From Gammaproteobacteria bacterium (GTDB lineage: Bacteria; Pseudomonadota; Gammaproteobacteria; Ga0077536), in NCBI GenBank assembly GCA_021773835.1, contig JAJFJQ010000060.1:8540-72539 (forward strand): a DNA stretch of 64,000 nucleotides, in the 5' to 3' direction. Every line of letters begins with the position of its first letter. The first letter of the stretch is position 1. A program made the translations under genes and the position numbers. Below, piece after piece: positions 48,021 through 57,669 of the stretch. Below the pieces are notes generated by a model. It saw only the letters and a list, made by a program, of their open reading frames with translations, did no database searches and was not told the DNA's origin.

Positions 48021-49019
48021 TCACCCGCTGATACCAAGTTCGACTCGGTAAGATGCTGCGCCCTGCTTCGCCACCGCGACAAGATCTTTATCGTCCGCTA
48101 GTTCTGCGCAATACACCTCTATCGCCGTCTCTACCAAGGGCACCCATTTCTGTACATGTCGAGCGATCGCTTGCGCGTTTTCTTCGCTTTCCCCGGTGCA
48201 AAACTCAACGAAGGCTCGCGTCCACCGCCTAGAGCGTTCCGTGTCCAACCACTGCGCATCGTTCATCAACGCCAGTAGTTCATCATCATTGCGCCGCGCG
48301 ACCTGCTCAAGTTGTCGCAGGCAACATTGATCAACCCCAGGCTTAATCACGACATTCATTGCAATCAGCGCTTCGCCCCAATCGAACGTCGTGAGCACCC
48401 GCTCGACGGCCTCGCGAAATCCCTGCCAGGCTGGATCGTCTTCCCAAATACTTCGTTCGTTCTGACCAAACCCTACATCCGGCCAGGCGCGCTTGAGTTC
48501 CGCCGTGCGATATGCCGTGCGCGAAAGCCAGCGCAAAGCATCGCCGCCCTGAAAGCCGAGGCAATTTACGATGGTGCTCGCCGGTGCCATCATCGCGACG
48601 TAACCGGCCCACATTTGCTGGGCGTGGAGGATATATCTGCACGGCGTATAGAATCGTTGAAGCTGTGCAATCCATGACGGATCCAGCCGTTTGTCGTGTT
48701 CGATCCGACTATATTCTGCCAACAGACCGTCGACATAAGACTCCTGGTGATCCTGCGATGCAACGTAACTCCGATACGTGATTCGTTCCGGATCGGTAAA
48801 GCTATCCCATTCGCGATGCTGCAATGAAGCGTCACGCCGATAGCGTCGAAACCACTCGTTCATCGGTATATCTGGATCCAACTCCAGAGCGGCGTCTGGC
48901 TGGCGCGTATTGTAGATGCCGCGCCGAGCAACGATGTCATATTCGCTCGGTCGTTTCTTCTTCTCGTGAAGGTGGCTCCACGTTTTAAGCGGTCGCATTG
49001 TTGGCGGTTTACTCGACAT
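48021..49019 (-). CDS. Soluble diiron monooxygenase beta subunit (TmoE/TouE/TbuA2-like)
   Basis: 332 aa beta-subunit family. Downstream of the effector gene. Confidence 0.8.
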   Translation of the reverse strand: MSSKPPTMRPLKTWSHLHEKKKRPSEYDIVARRGIYNTRQPDAALELDPDIPMNEWFRRYRRDASLQHREWDSFTDPERITYRSYVASQDHQESYVDGLLAEYSRIEHDKRLDPSWIAQLQRFYTPCRYILHAQQMWAGYVAMMAPASTIVNCLGFQGGDALRWLSRTAYRTAELKRAWPDVGFGQNERSIWEDDPAWQGFREAVERVLTTFDWGEALIAMNVVIKPGVDQCCLRQLEQVARRNDDELLALMNDAQWLDTERSRRWTRAFVEFCTGESEENAQAIARHVQKWVPLVETAIEVYCAELADDKDLVAVAKQGAASYRVELGISG

Positions 49020-49038
49020 AGCTCGGCCTTAAGATCCG

Positions 49039-49401
49039 TTACGACTGTTTGGTCGGCGTCGGGTTGGAATCGCCGTGCTCTCTGTGCATCTTCGCGGACA
49101 CATCTTCCGAAAGATAAAACCTGAAATATTCGGGCGTCGTCTCAACTCTGCCGGCAAACGACGTCAGCACGACACCTAACTCCTGCATGGAAAACGGCCG
49201 TCCTATGAGGTCCTCTACGGTAGCGCGTTGGATCCAGCATTCGCGCTGTATTTCAATCCTGATATACCCGCCGTTATCTTCGATGTTGATTTCTTTGTCG
49301 GGGTTGTCGATTTCTACCGCCTCGGCAACAACGCTGGCGATGTCACCGCTGCGCAAGACCGGCCCTACTGCATCTCCCATCTGCTCGCTAGCACTCACCA
49401 T
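49039..49401 (-). CDS. Monooxygenase effector/coupling protein (TmoD/MmoB family)
   Basis: Motifs GPVLRSGD, EIDNPDKEI, GRPFSMQEL match TmoD-type effectors. Confidence 0.75.
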   Translation of the reverse strand: MVSASEQMGDAVGPVLRSGDIASVVAEAVEIDNPDKEINIEDNGGYIRIEIQRECWIQRATVEDLIGRPFSMQELGVVLTSFAGRVETTPEYFRFYLSEDVSAKMHREHGDSNPTPTKQS

Positions 49402-49443
49402 TGGCCTGGCTTACAGCTATTGTTGAGAATCGCTCGTGCGAGT

Positions 49444-49701
49444 CTATTCGTAGACAATGTCGATGCTCTCATTCACTTCCCAGCCAAGTTCCCCAACCGT
49501 TGCGGTGCGCGACAATAATTCGTCGGTCGCGTGAAGGCGCACCCTGAGAATGCGATCGAATTTCGGCTGGACCCTGATCCCGACGGTTACTTTCGCCGCC
49601 GTTGCGGCCACTTCATCCATCGTTTGCGTAGGGGCAACGTCAAGCACCTGCACGACACCGTCGTCTTCGAACAGAAACATTATAGGCAGTGTCGTGACCA
49701 T
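49444..49701 (-). CDS. Monooxygenase gamma subunit (TmoB-like)
   Basis: 85 aa, positioned after the alpha subunit gene. TmoB-like pattern (FEDDGVVQVL..VD). Confidence 0.7.
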   Translation of the reverse strand: MVTTLPIMFLFEDDGVVQVLDVAPTQTMDEVAATAAKVTVGIRVQPKFDRILRVRLHATDELLSRTATVGELGWEVNESIDIVYE

Positions 49702-49716
49702 GAAACGTAACCCGCG

Positions 49717-51216
49717 CTAGCCGCCTGATGCGACCTCGTCCGCTGGTGGCGTCACCCAACTATAGTCATGCGCGTCAACGCCCCGCTGTTCAGGCGGCAG
49801 TCCCATGTAGTGCAAAAACCCATCGATCGTCGCCGGCTGGATCACACCGTTATAGAGGCGATCGACTACGCTACGATGTCCTGCAATTCGTGCCGGGTCG
49901 ACATCGAAGATCCATTTGCACGGGCGACTGCAGAAGATGTAGCGGCGACCTTCATGATGGGTCCAGTAGTTGCGGTAGGAGATCCCTCTATTTGGCGTAC
50001 CAAGCATCGTGATCGCACATGTATTACAGATCGCCGGCACCGTCTGCGGCTGGGTAAGCTCCTCGTGGCCGGCGACAATATTTTGCTCCATCACATCCCA
50101 AGATTTGCCGAAAGTGTCGTTCCACCCTGGATATTTTTCCTCCAACCATTCGCGCTCCGCGGGCGATACACCGGCCGTCGGATTCCAGAACTGCGCAGCG
50201 CGCCAGAACCAGAATGCCAGGTGCGTGGCATGCGAAACAGTGTCTAGCGATTCAGTAAATTCCTCCCAAAACCACGGCAGGTTAAGACCCAGGTCCAATA
50301 ACTTGCGCTCGAATTGTTGCGCCACAAACTCTCGCGCAAACTCCTTGAACGACTTCTCGCGCGCTTCTAACGGCGTGTAGTAGTCGACGGTTGGGCCACC
50401 GACCGTCGCAAACAACCGCCACTGCCGCCACCAAGCGATATCGACAAGCTGCTGCGCCTGTTCATTGTTCCCATTCTCCAAAAGAACTTTAAGCACCGCA
50501 TTGCCGATTTGAGCATGGCGTGTCTCGTCCGTTTGAATGTTTGAGATCAAGTTTGCAAAATTGTAGTCGCCCGCCCTGTGTGCCTCCGCCGACAGACCAA
50601 GAAATTGGAGATTGGTGAGACCCTCTTCGGTCGCAAACGTCAGCATGATGCCGATAGAGGCGGCATCTCGTCCAAGCTCGACGTCGTCCAGGTTTGCACG
50701 TGCAGCGATCGCAGCCCAGTGGTTGCTGTGGTACATCTTCTGGGCCCAGTCAAAGCGAGAATCTTTGCTAATGTTCTCGTGGGCAAAGTACAGCTGCATC
50801 TGCGTATGCCGGATCTCATCGAGTAAGCCGAAGGTCGCCATGTTGCGCATCCCCGGCGCCTTACCAAAACGCAACATCTTTGCTTCGGCTAGTCCGGCGC
50901 CAAGCTCGCCGATAGTAATACTGGCATAGTGGAGCAACATGCTCGTGCGCCAACCTGGATCTGATTCGTCGAAAAATCGTGACCGCGTGAGCGCGGCACG
51001 CACGGAATAGGCGTCATCGTCCTTCTTGTGTTGGACCTCGACGTATTCACGGTAGGTGATCTTGTAGGGCTCGTCGAATCGTTCCCAATTCTCGCGCGGC
51101 ACGCCAAAACTGTCCGCCATCTCATCCGGAAACAGCTCGTCTTCAGCGACATAGCGAGGTGTCCAATTGGTGTCCCTGGCAATGTCGTACCATTCAGATG
51201 AATCCAATCGTTCCAT
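49717..51216 (-). CDS. Toluene/alkene-type soluble diiron monooxygenase alpha subunit (TmoA/TouA/TbuA1-like)
   Basis: 499 aa. Diiron ligands (DEIRH; TDETRH), and a C-terminal Cys-rich region (CNTCAI...CSRPC). Confidence 0.9.
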   Translation of the reverse strand: MERLDSSEWYDIARDTNWTPRYVAEDELFPDEMADSFGVPRENWERFDEPYKITYREYVEVQHKKDDDAYSVRAALTRSRFFDESDPGWRTSMLLHYASITIGELGAGLAEAKMLRFGKAPGMRNMATFGLLDEIRHTQMQLYFAHENISKDSRFDWAQKMYHSNHWAAIAARANLDDVELGRDAASIGIMLTFATEEGLTNLQFLGLSAEAHRAGDYNFANLISNIQTDETRHAQIGNAVLKVLLENGNNEQAQQLVDIAWWRQWRLFATVGGPTVDYYTPLEAREKSFKEFAREFVAQQFERKLLDLGLNLPWFWEEFTESLDTVSHATHLAFWFWRAAQFWNPTAGVSPAEREWLEEKYPGWNDTFGKSWDVMEQNIVAGHEELTQPQTVPAICNTCAITMLGTPNRGISYRNYWTHHEGRRYIFCSRPCKWIFDVDPARIAGHRSVVDRLYNGVIQPATIDGFLHYMGLPPEQRGVDAHDYSWVTPPADEVASGG

Positions 51217-51257
51217 GGCTTCCTCCTTTCGTTCGGCGGTCGCGCTTCGGGTAAGGT

Positions 51258-51572
51258 TTAGTCGTTACCTAAGTCCACGTACACCTCATCACCATCGACC
51301 CGGACCGGAAACAATGCAAGCAAGGTGTTCTCCGGATTAATCCCCATCCCACTCATCAAGTCGAAGCGCCAGCGGTGTGCCTTACAGGTTAACACCTGGC
51401 CGTCGAGCTCCCCATCTACCAGGGGCTGTTCCTGATGTGGGCAACTCGGCGGGATAGCCCGCACCTCCCCACCCTCTAAGTGGATCACCAGCACCTCACG
51501 GCCGTTGACTTGGAAAACGGCCATCTCGCCTTCCCACAGATCGTCGGTATTGCATACATGTTGAAAAGCCAT
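51258..51572 (-). CDS. Rieske [2Fe-2S] ferredoxin (TmoC-like)
   Basis: 104 aa. Motifs CPH...CKAHRW. Confidence 0.85.
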   Translation of the reverse strand: MAFQHVCNTDDLWEGEMAVFQVNGREVLVIHLEGGEVRAIPPSCPHQEQPLVDGELDGQVLTCKAHRWRFDLMSGMGINPENTLLALFPVRVDGDEVYVDLGND

Positions 51573-51698
51573 TGGATGCTGATTCTACCGAGTGTATAGA
51601 GGTCGAAGCATGTCCAAATCCGAGAGTACTTCGAGTATAGAGAGGCCATCGGACAGGCGTCAATCGGGGCTTCGCTCCACCGCTGCCGTTCCCGCAAG

Positions 51699-52205
51699 CT
51701 AACAAGCGGAATTCGCGACCAAGTCCCAGGCGAAGGTGAAATTTTCCACTTTGGCGCCACCTGCCCCGTCGTTTGGATCACCCGAACTGTGATGGTAGAC
51801 CTCGTATTTTATTTTGCCAAAATTCAAAATCAGCCTTTCGCGAAAAAAATTCTCTTCCGCCTCCCCGTCTGTGCGCATCGCCGTGATACGAACGTCTTCC
51901 ATAATGATTGATTGATACTTCAGCAAGGCTTCACGCTTCCCGACCACTGGAATGACGCTGATTTCAACCAGCTTGATCGGCGTTTGCTCAACGAACGACC
52001 GTATCAATGCAGCACTTTCCTTGCCGATCGGTTTCAATATCGTGATCTGATTCATGCTGCCGCACGGCTGGCCGTCCGCAATCTGCTCCTCAGATGTGCG
52101 TTCGAGATTCCAATTCCATGACAGCATGTCCGCCCAACCCTTGTGTTGATAGTTGCGCGTGCCGCCATCGATCCCGTCTATTTTCAAAAACATTTCTAAC
52201 GCCAT
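51699..52205 (-). CDS. hcp: Type VI secretion system tube protein Hcp (TssD), orphan
   Basis: 168 aa. N-terminus MALEMFLKIDGIDGGTRNYQHKGWADMLSWNW and C-terminus ...LILNFGKIKYEVY...G match Hcp1-family signatures. AGGAGAGAGG RBS. Confidence 0.8.
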   Translation of the reverse strand: MALEMFLKIDGIDGGTRNYQHKGWADMLSWNWNLERTSEEQIADGQPCGSMNQITILKPIGKESAALIRSFVEQTPIKLVEISVIPVVGKREALLKYQSIIMEDVRITAMRTDGEAEENFFRERLILNFGKIKYEVYHHSSGDPNDGAGGAKVENFTFAWDLVANSAC

Positions 52206-52681
52206 TTACCTCTCTCCTGCTGCGGATGGACCGAAGTTGCTCACGGATGAGCCAGCGACCCATCCAAATCGATGGCCGTAACATGGATTCGATTGGTCAC
52301 GACGACGGTCAGCGAGCTTGGGTGTAGCAGCCAAGCTCAGTATCAAAAAATGCTCCACGACGTACCGATTTCACGTCGCGTCAATGGGCTTTGGGGGAAA
52401 CGCCTCGATTGTTCAGGCTGAGGTTGTAACCGACATTGCGTACATCTGAGATACGCAGTGGAGACCGCGTAACCTACCGCCCAGGCTACGTTATTTTGAC
52501 TTCAATTGCAGGTACTAAATTGCATAACGCGTGAATCTGTTTTCGAAACACACGGCCAATTCGAGTTGGGCCATCGACAATCCAGCGTCGCAACCAGATC
52601 TGACGCAGGCTCGAATATTTACCTGACTAGATCGAAATTGATACGATCTGGCGCCGTATTCAATTACGAGGAGGTCCCTCA

Positions 52682-53423
52682 GATGAGTCGTTGGAAAGCG
52701 TCAGGTATTCACTTTCTAATCAGCTTGTTTATAGCCATTGCAGCAATTGCGATCGTCATCCTGGTGATGTATCCCCCTCCCTACACCGGGAGTGCCGGCG
52801 CGGGCCGCTTGCTCGTTATTTTAATCAGCGTTGATGTAACGCTCGGGCCCTTGATCACTCTGATCATATTTAAGCAGGGCAAACCTGGGCTCAAATTCGA
52901 TTTGAGCGTGATCGCGATGCTGCAAGTCGCCGCACTCGGTTATGGCCTAATAATCATTGGTCAAGCACGGCCAGTGTTTCTCGCGTTTGTCGAAGACCGG
53001 TTTGCACTCGTTCATGCCAACGCCATCAAAGACGACGCAATTGCCCAAGCGTCCGCACCGTACAACCGCAAATCCTGGACTGGACCGGTGCTGGTCGGCA
53101 CGCAGTTGTCCGGTGATATTGACGCTCATAATGATGTGCTGATGTCCGCGATGGAGGGCGGGCCCGACATCGACTCGATGCCCCAATACTATGTTCCATA
53201 TGAGCAACAAAAAGAGAAAGTATTAGCACAGGCTAAGCCGCTTAAGGATCTGCGAAGCTGGAGCGAAAACGCAGATACCCTGGTGGCGACCTGGCTAGAG
53301 CGCAAACAAACATCCGCTGAGGACTTTCTTTATCTACCGCTACAGGTCAGGACCGGATTTCATACGTTAGTGCTAAATCAAAATGTCGAGCCGATCGATG
53401 TGTTGCCAGTTGACCCCTGGTGA
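52682..53423 (+). CDS. Membrane protein, possibly a TfpX/TfpZ-family type IV pilin accessory protein (tentative)
   Basis: ATG at 52682 with a GAGGAGG RBS. Three N-terminal TMS. The family assignment rests on remembered motifs, not a search. Confidence 0.4.
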
Positions 53424-53522
53424 GCCGCGGGCGATTTGGCCTGGAGGTAACAGGCCACCCACGACGGACTAGGCGCATATTCATCCAGTAGACAGCGGTA
53501 TTATCGGGTTACGGCAAATCCG

Positions 53523-56500
53523 CTAGGGTCTGCCGTAATCCACCTTCCGTTCAGCCGTGATATACCCATCCAGCAGGTCGGCGTCGATCTCGGCATCGGA
53601 ACGTTCCGCCGGATCACCATAGCCGCCTCCACCTGGCGCATGCATGAGCAGTTGATCTCCTAGCTGCATTCGGATGTTGACGAATTTGGTCGGACTCACG
53701 GTCCCAAAAGCCTCAGTGAAGGTTTTGAACTCGGTAGTTCCGGCGAATCGGACAAATATGCCGGCCGGTCCACCGGATATTCCACCTTGAAACCCCCATG
53801 GACCTTCCTGGGTACGATCGAGCAACGCACTTACGGTGACCTCCGGAGCCGTGACTTCAAACAAGCGGCGCACGCCTAAGCCACCGCGCCATTTTCCTGC
53901 ACCACCAGAGTCCGGACGTAAGGCATATTCCACGGTACGCATGGGGTAACGGGTTTCGAATACCTCGATCGGCGTTGCGCGAATGGTACTGCCGTGGGCG
54001 ATACACTGCGCACTATTGCCATCCTTACCCAGACGGCCACCCCAGCCACCACCGTCAAGCTGGTAGTGAGTGTAATAATCACCGGTATCCGGGTGCGCGC
54101 CGCCGATCAGGATATTACACGCCGTGCCGCCCTCCGCAGCACTAATGCGATCAGGGATCGCTTTGGCCAGCGCTCCTTGCACGGCGGAGATGATGCGCGG
54201 CTGACCTTCGGTGTTGCCGGCCACGCACGGTGCGGGAAAAACCGGGTTCGCAACCGTGCCCGGAGGTGCAACAACTTTAATCGGTTTAAAACAACCGCTA
54301 TTTAGCGGTACGTCGCGCGCACCGATCGATTGCAGTACCGCGGTACTACCTGCTGCGGCCGTGGCGACATAGCTGACATTGATCGGGCCGCGGGCTTGTG
54401 GGTCAGATTCCGATAAATCGACGACGATGTCGTCATCGTGGATGTGAACGGCAGCGCGAAAGTAGTACGGTTTTGCCTCGACCCCATCATCCTCGAAATA
54501 ATCTTCGAATTTATAGATCCCGTTCGGGAGCTTCTTGATTTCGCTACGCATCCATTTCTCAGCGTGGTCGATAAGGTTATCGGTGATCTGCTCGAACAAT
54601 TCCAAACCGAGCTTACCAACGACCTCTTGCAGGCGACGTTCGGCCGTGGTTAATGATCCCAGCAATGCATGGAAATCACCCCATGTCGTATCCGGAGTGC
54701 GATGGTTTGCCATGACGATGCGCCACACATCCTTAACGTACTCACCACGCGACATGATCTTAACTGGCGGCAACCGCAATCCTTCTTGAAAAATCTCCGT
54801 CGCGGTGCTCGCAAACGAACCGACAGCCATACCACCGATCTCAGCGATATGCGCGATATTGGCGGCATATCCAATGACCTTGCCATCCAAAAACACAGGC
54901 TTCATAAACATATGCTCAGGCATGTGGCACTGCCCGCGGTAGGGATCGTTATGCACGATCACATCCCCTGGCTCGAAACTATCCTCACCAAGTTCCTCCA
55001 CGCACAAGGGGATTGTATGCAGTCCTGCGCATATGATTGCCGGATTCATCTCCGCCTGACCAACCATCCTAAGCTTGCGATCAAAAAGGATGCAGCTAAA
55101 GTCTCGCGACTCACTGAATATTGGTGAATGTGCTGTACGCACCATCGCGCTAGCCATCTCATCGCAAATATTTTTCAGCGCGTTGTTTATAACCGTTAAT
55201 GTCACCGGATCATCTGCTACATTCTGCGCCACGGTGTTGTCGCGTCGCTCGACATTTGTCGGCACATCCACCACGAGACTACCGTCCGCTTGAACCTCAA
55301 AGGCACCGCCGGGCGGAATCAACGTCGTTGAGTCGGTTTCCTCAACCAAGGCCGGACCGCTGATGCGAGTGCCGACAGCGAGCTGGTCTCGCCGGTGCAC
55401 CGGCGTGTCGATCTCACCGATATCGGCAAAGTGAATCGTGCGCGATGAGTTAGGGTCGAGTGTGCCTTCGCTCACCCCCGACAGCGTGACCTCAGCGCCC
55501 TCCTCACCCAGGCCGATCATTCGCACTTCGGTGATCTCGACGACTTTGTCTTCAAACGAATAACCGTACAGTGCTTCGTGTTGTTGGTGCAGTCGCGCTA
55601 GCCCACGCGCAAAAGCAGCATCGTCCAGTGGTAATGTGTCGAGCGCCACGATTTCGCCGAAGTTCTGCCCGAGATAACGCATATTGAGATAACCGGTGAT
55701 ACGCGCCGCCCCTTCCAGGCCGTCACGCTTGAGCTCGGCGACGGATTCTTCACTCAGTTCGCGTAATTGCTGATTCAGCAACTCGAGGTCCAGCTGGTCG
55801 GAGCGATGCATCACTGTACGCGCGCGATCAACACGCAATTCAGTCAATAAGGTACCCAGTGCCGATAACAAGCCCGGGTTCGGCGGGACTATGACGTGCT
55901 GCATACCGAGGTGGGCGGCAACGTCAACCGCATGTAACGGCCCCGCGCCGCCAAACGCTATCAAGGCAAAATCCCGATGGTCGATACCTCGGTCTACTGT
56001 CATAAGGCGGATCGCGTCGGCCATGTTTTCTGCCGCAGTACCCAGTATGGCGAGCGCAGTTTCATTTTCGTTTAGTCCAATTTGTTTGCCTAAGGCTGCA
56101 ACCGCTGCGTGTGCAGCAGCGGCATCGAGGCTGACTTCCCCGCCAAGGAAAAATTTCGGATCCAAACGCCCGAGAACTACATTCGCGTCTGTTACCGTGG
56201 GCTCAGTCCCGCCCTTGCCATAACAGGCAGGACCGGGCTCAGCACCTGCGCTGCGCGGACCTACTCGTAGTAGACCACCGGAATCAACATAGGCGATGGA
56301 ACCACCACCGGCCCCGATCGTGGTGTAGTCAATAAACAAAGAACTGACCGGTACACCCCATTCGATTTCGTATTCGGTGGTCGAGCCGAACTCCCCGTCG
56401 CTAATCAAGCCGACATCACAGCTGGTACCACCCATGTCGAGGGTCACCGCATTGCCGCCGGCGTGGTCCCGGGCGAAGCGCCGCCCTGCTATCACGCCAC

Positions 56501-57299
56501 CCGCAAGACCCGACAACAGTAGTTGGACCGGTATCTCACCAGCCGTAGCCGATTGCACGTGCCCACCGTTCGATTTCATCAGTGCTAATGGTGCTGTAAC
56601 CGACATGTCCTGAAGTGCACCGGCCAGACCGTCGACGAAGCGTTCAATGATGTGTTTGATGAACGCATCGGTGATAGTCGTCGTAGAGCGTTCATATTCG
56701 CGCCAGATCGGCGAGACGCGATGCGATAAGGAAACCGGGGTATGCGGAAATCGCTCAGTCAAATACTCACCGACAGCGATCTCATGTGCGGGATTGACGT
56801 AGGAAAATAATAAATTTACGGCAATCGCCCAGTCTGTATCCGGTGCAGAACTTATCCAGCCCTCGACCCACTCACCAAGCTTCTCGAGGGAAGCTTGATC
56901 GAGCGGCTCGATAACTTTCCCGCGATGGTCGACGCGCTCCAATATCCCATGAGTGTGGCGGCGCATAACCCCAGTGTCGGGTTTTGGCCAAGCAGGATTG
57001 TAGGCCTCGCGCCGATCGATGCGGCCGATGATCGGCACGTCCTCGACCCCTTTGGTACCGACGTATAGGACCGTCGCGCCTTTCTTTTGTAGGCGCGCAT
57101 TGGTCGCAATCGTGGTACCTAAAAGAATACGTTCGATGTCTTTTGGATCAACACCACAACGCGCGATTGCGGCGAGTGGCGCATCAGCCGGTGCAGCTGG
57201 GGTGGATGGGACTTTAATCGTCGAGATACGACCAGTCTGATCATCGAATGCGATGAGATCGGTAAAGGTACCTCCGGTATCAATGCCAAGTCGTATCAT
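53523..57299 (-). CDS. Fused hydantoinase A/B (HyuA-HyuB), 5-oxoprolinase-like single-chain enzyme
   Basis: Start MIRLGIDTGGTFTD at 57299. N-terminal half HyuA-like (ASKHA fold), C-terminal half HyuB-like. 1258 aa. Confidence 0.85.
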   Translation of the reverse strand: MIRLGIDTGGTFTDLIAFDDQTGRISTIKVPSTPAAPADAPLAAIARCGVDPKDIERILLGTTIATNARLQKKGATVLYVGTKGVEDVPIIGRIDRREAYNPAWPKPDTGVMRRHTHGILERVDHRGKVIEPLDQASLEKLGEWVEGWISSAPDTDWAIAVNLLFSYVNPAHEIAVGEYLTERFPHTPVSLSHRVSPIWREYERSTTTITDAFIKHIIERFVDGLAGALQDMSVTAPLALMKSNGGHVQSATAGEIPVQLLLSGLAGGVIAGRRFARDHAGGNAVTLDMGGTSCDVGLISDGEFGSTTEYEIEWGVPVSSLFIDYTTIGAGGGSIAYVDSGGLLRVGPRSAGAEPGPACYGKGGTEPTVTDANVVLGRLDPKFFLGGEVSLDAAAAHAAVAALGKQIGLNENETALAILGTAAENMADAIRLMTVDRGIDHRDFALIAFGGAGPLHAVDVAAHLGMQHVIVPPNPGLLSALGTLLTELRVDRARTVMHRSDQLDLELLNQQLRELSEESVAELKRDGLEGAARITGYLNMRYLGQNFGEIVALDTLPLDDAAFARGLARLHQQHEALYGYSFEDKVVEITEVRMIGLGEEGAEVTLSGVSEGTLDPNSSRTIHFADIGEIDTPVHRRDQLAVGTRISGPALVEETDSTTLIPPGGAFEVQADGSLVVDVPTNVERRDNTVAQNVADDPVTLTVINNALKNICDEMASAMVRTAHSPIFSESRDFSCILFDRKLRMVGQAEMNPAIICAGLHTIPLCVEELGEDSFEPGDVIVHNDPYRGQCHMPEHMFMKPVFLDGKVIGYAANIAHIAEIGGMAVGSFASTATEIFQEGLRLPPVKIMSRGEYVKDVWRIVMANHRTPDTTWGDFHALLGSLTTAERRLQEVVGKLGLELFEQITDNLIDHAEKWMRSEIKKLPNGIYKFEDYFEDDGVEAKPYYFRAAVHIHDDDIVVDLSESDPQARGPINVSYVATAAAGSTAVLQSIGARDVPLNSGCFKPIKVVAPPGTVANPVFPAPCVAGNTEGQPRIISAVQGALAKAIPDRISAAEGGTACNILIGGAHPDTGDYYTHYQLDGGGWGGRLGKDGNSAQCIAHGSTIRATPIEVFETRYPMRTVEYALRPDSGGAGKWRGGLGVRRLFEVTAPEVTVSALLDRTQEGPWGFQGGISGGPAGIFVRFAGTTEFKTFTEAFGTVSPTKFVNIRMQLGDQLLMHAPGGGGYGDPAERSDAEIDADLLDGYITAERKVDYGRP

Positions 57300-57490
57300 T
57301 ACTGTGCCCCCGTTTGCGCGTGATTGATAAGCGATCGTTTCACATCGGCACACGATGCTTCACAAAACTTCTTATCTGGAAACTCGTCGTCTTCCCAATA
57401 GATCCGCGAAATCATGCGACCGCAGAAGAAGCAATTCAGGATCCGCGTTTCGTGCCACGGGATCTCAAGGATGTGTTGTTGACCGGACAT
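57299..57490 (-). CDS. Small CxxC...CxxxC protein (63 aa), translationally coupled (TAATG) to the hydantoinase/oxoprolinase gene
   Basis: GGGGAG RBS 7 nt upstream of the ATG. Stop TAA overlaps the downstream ATG. Contains CFFC and CEASC. Confidence 0.45.
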   Translation of the reverse strand: MSGQQHILEIPWHETRILNCFFCGRMISRIYWEDDEFPDKKFCEASCADVKRSLINHAQTGAQ

Positions 57491-57669
57491 GTCATTCTCC
57501 CCAGAATCTGACCGTCCAGCATATCGCACTGAGAGAAAAATGAGGACAGGCTTAGGACGATGCCATATTGGCATCGATCCTCACTTAAAACACCGGCGGC
57601 TCAACTTACGTTTGGGGCCATGGTCTGCCCTGCGCCGAGCCGCACCCTGATCTAAAACGGTGGTCTATA

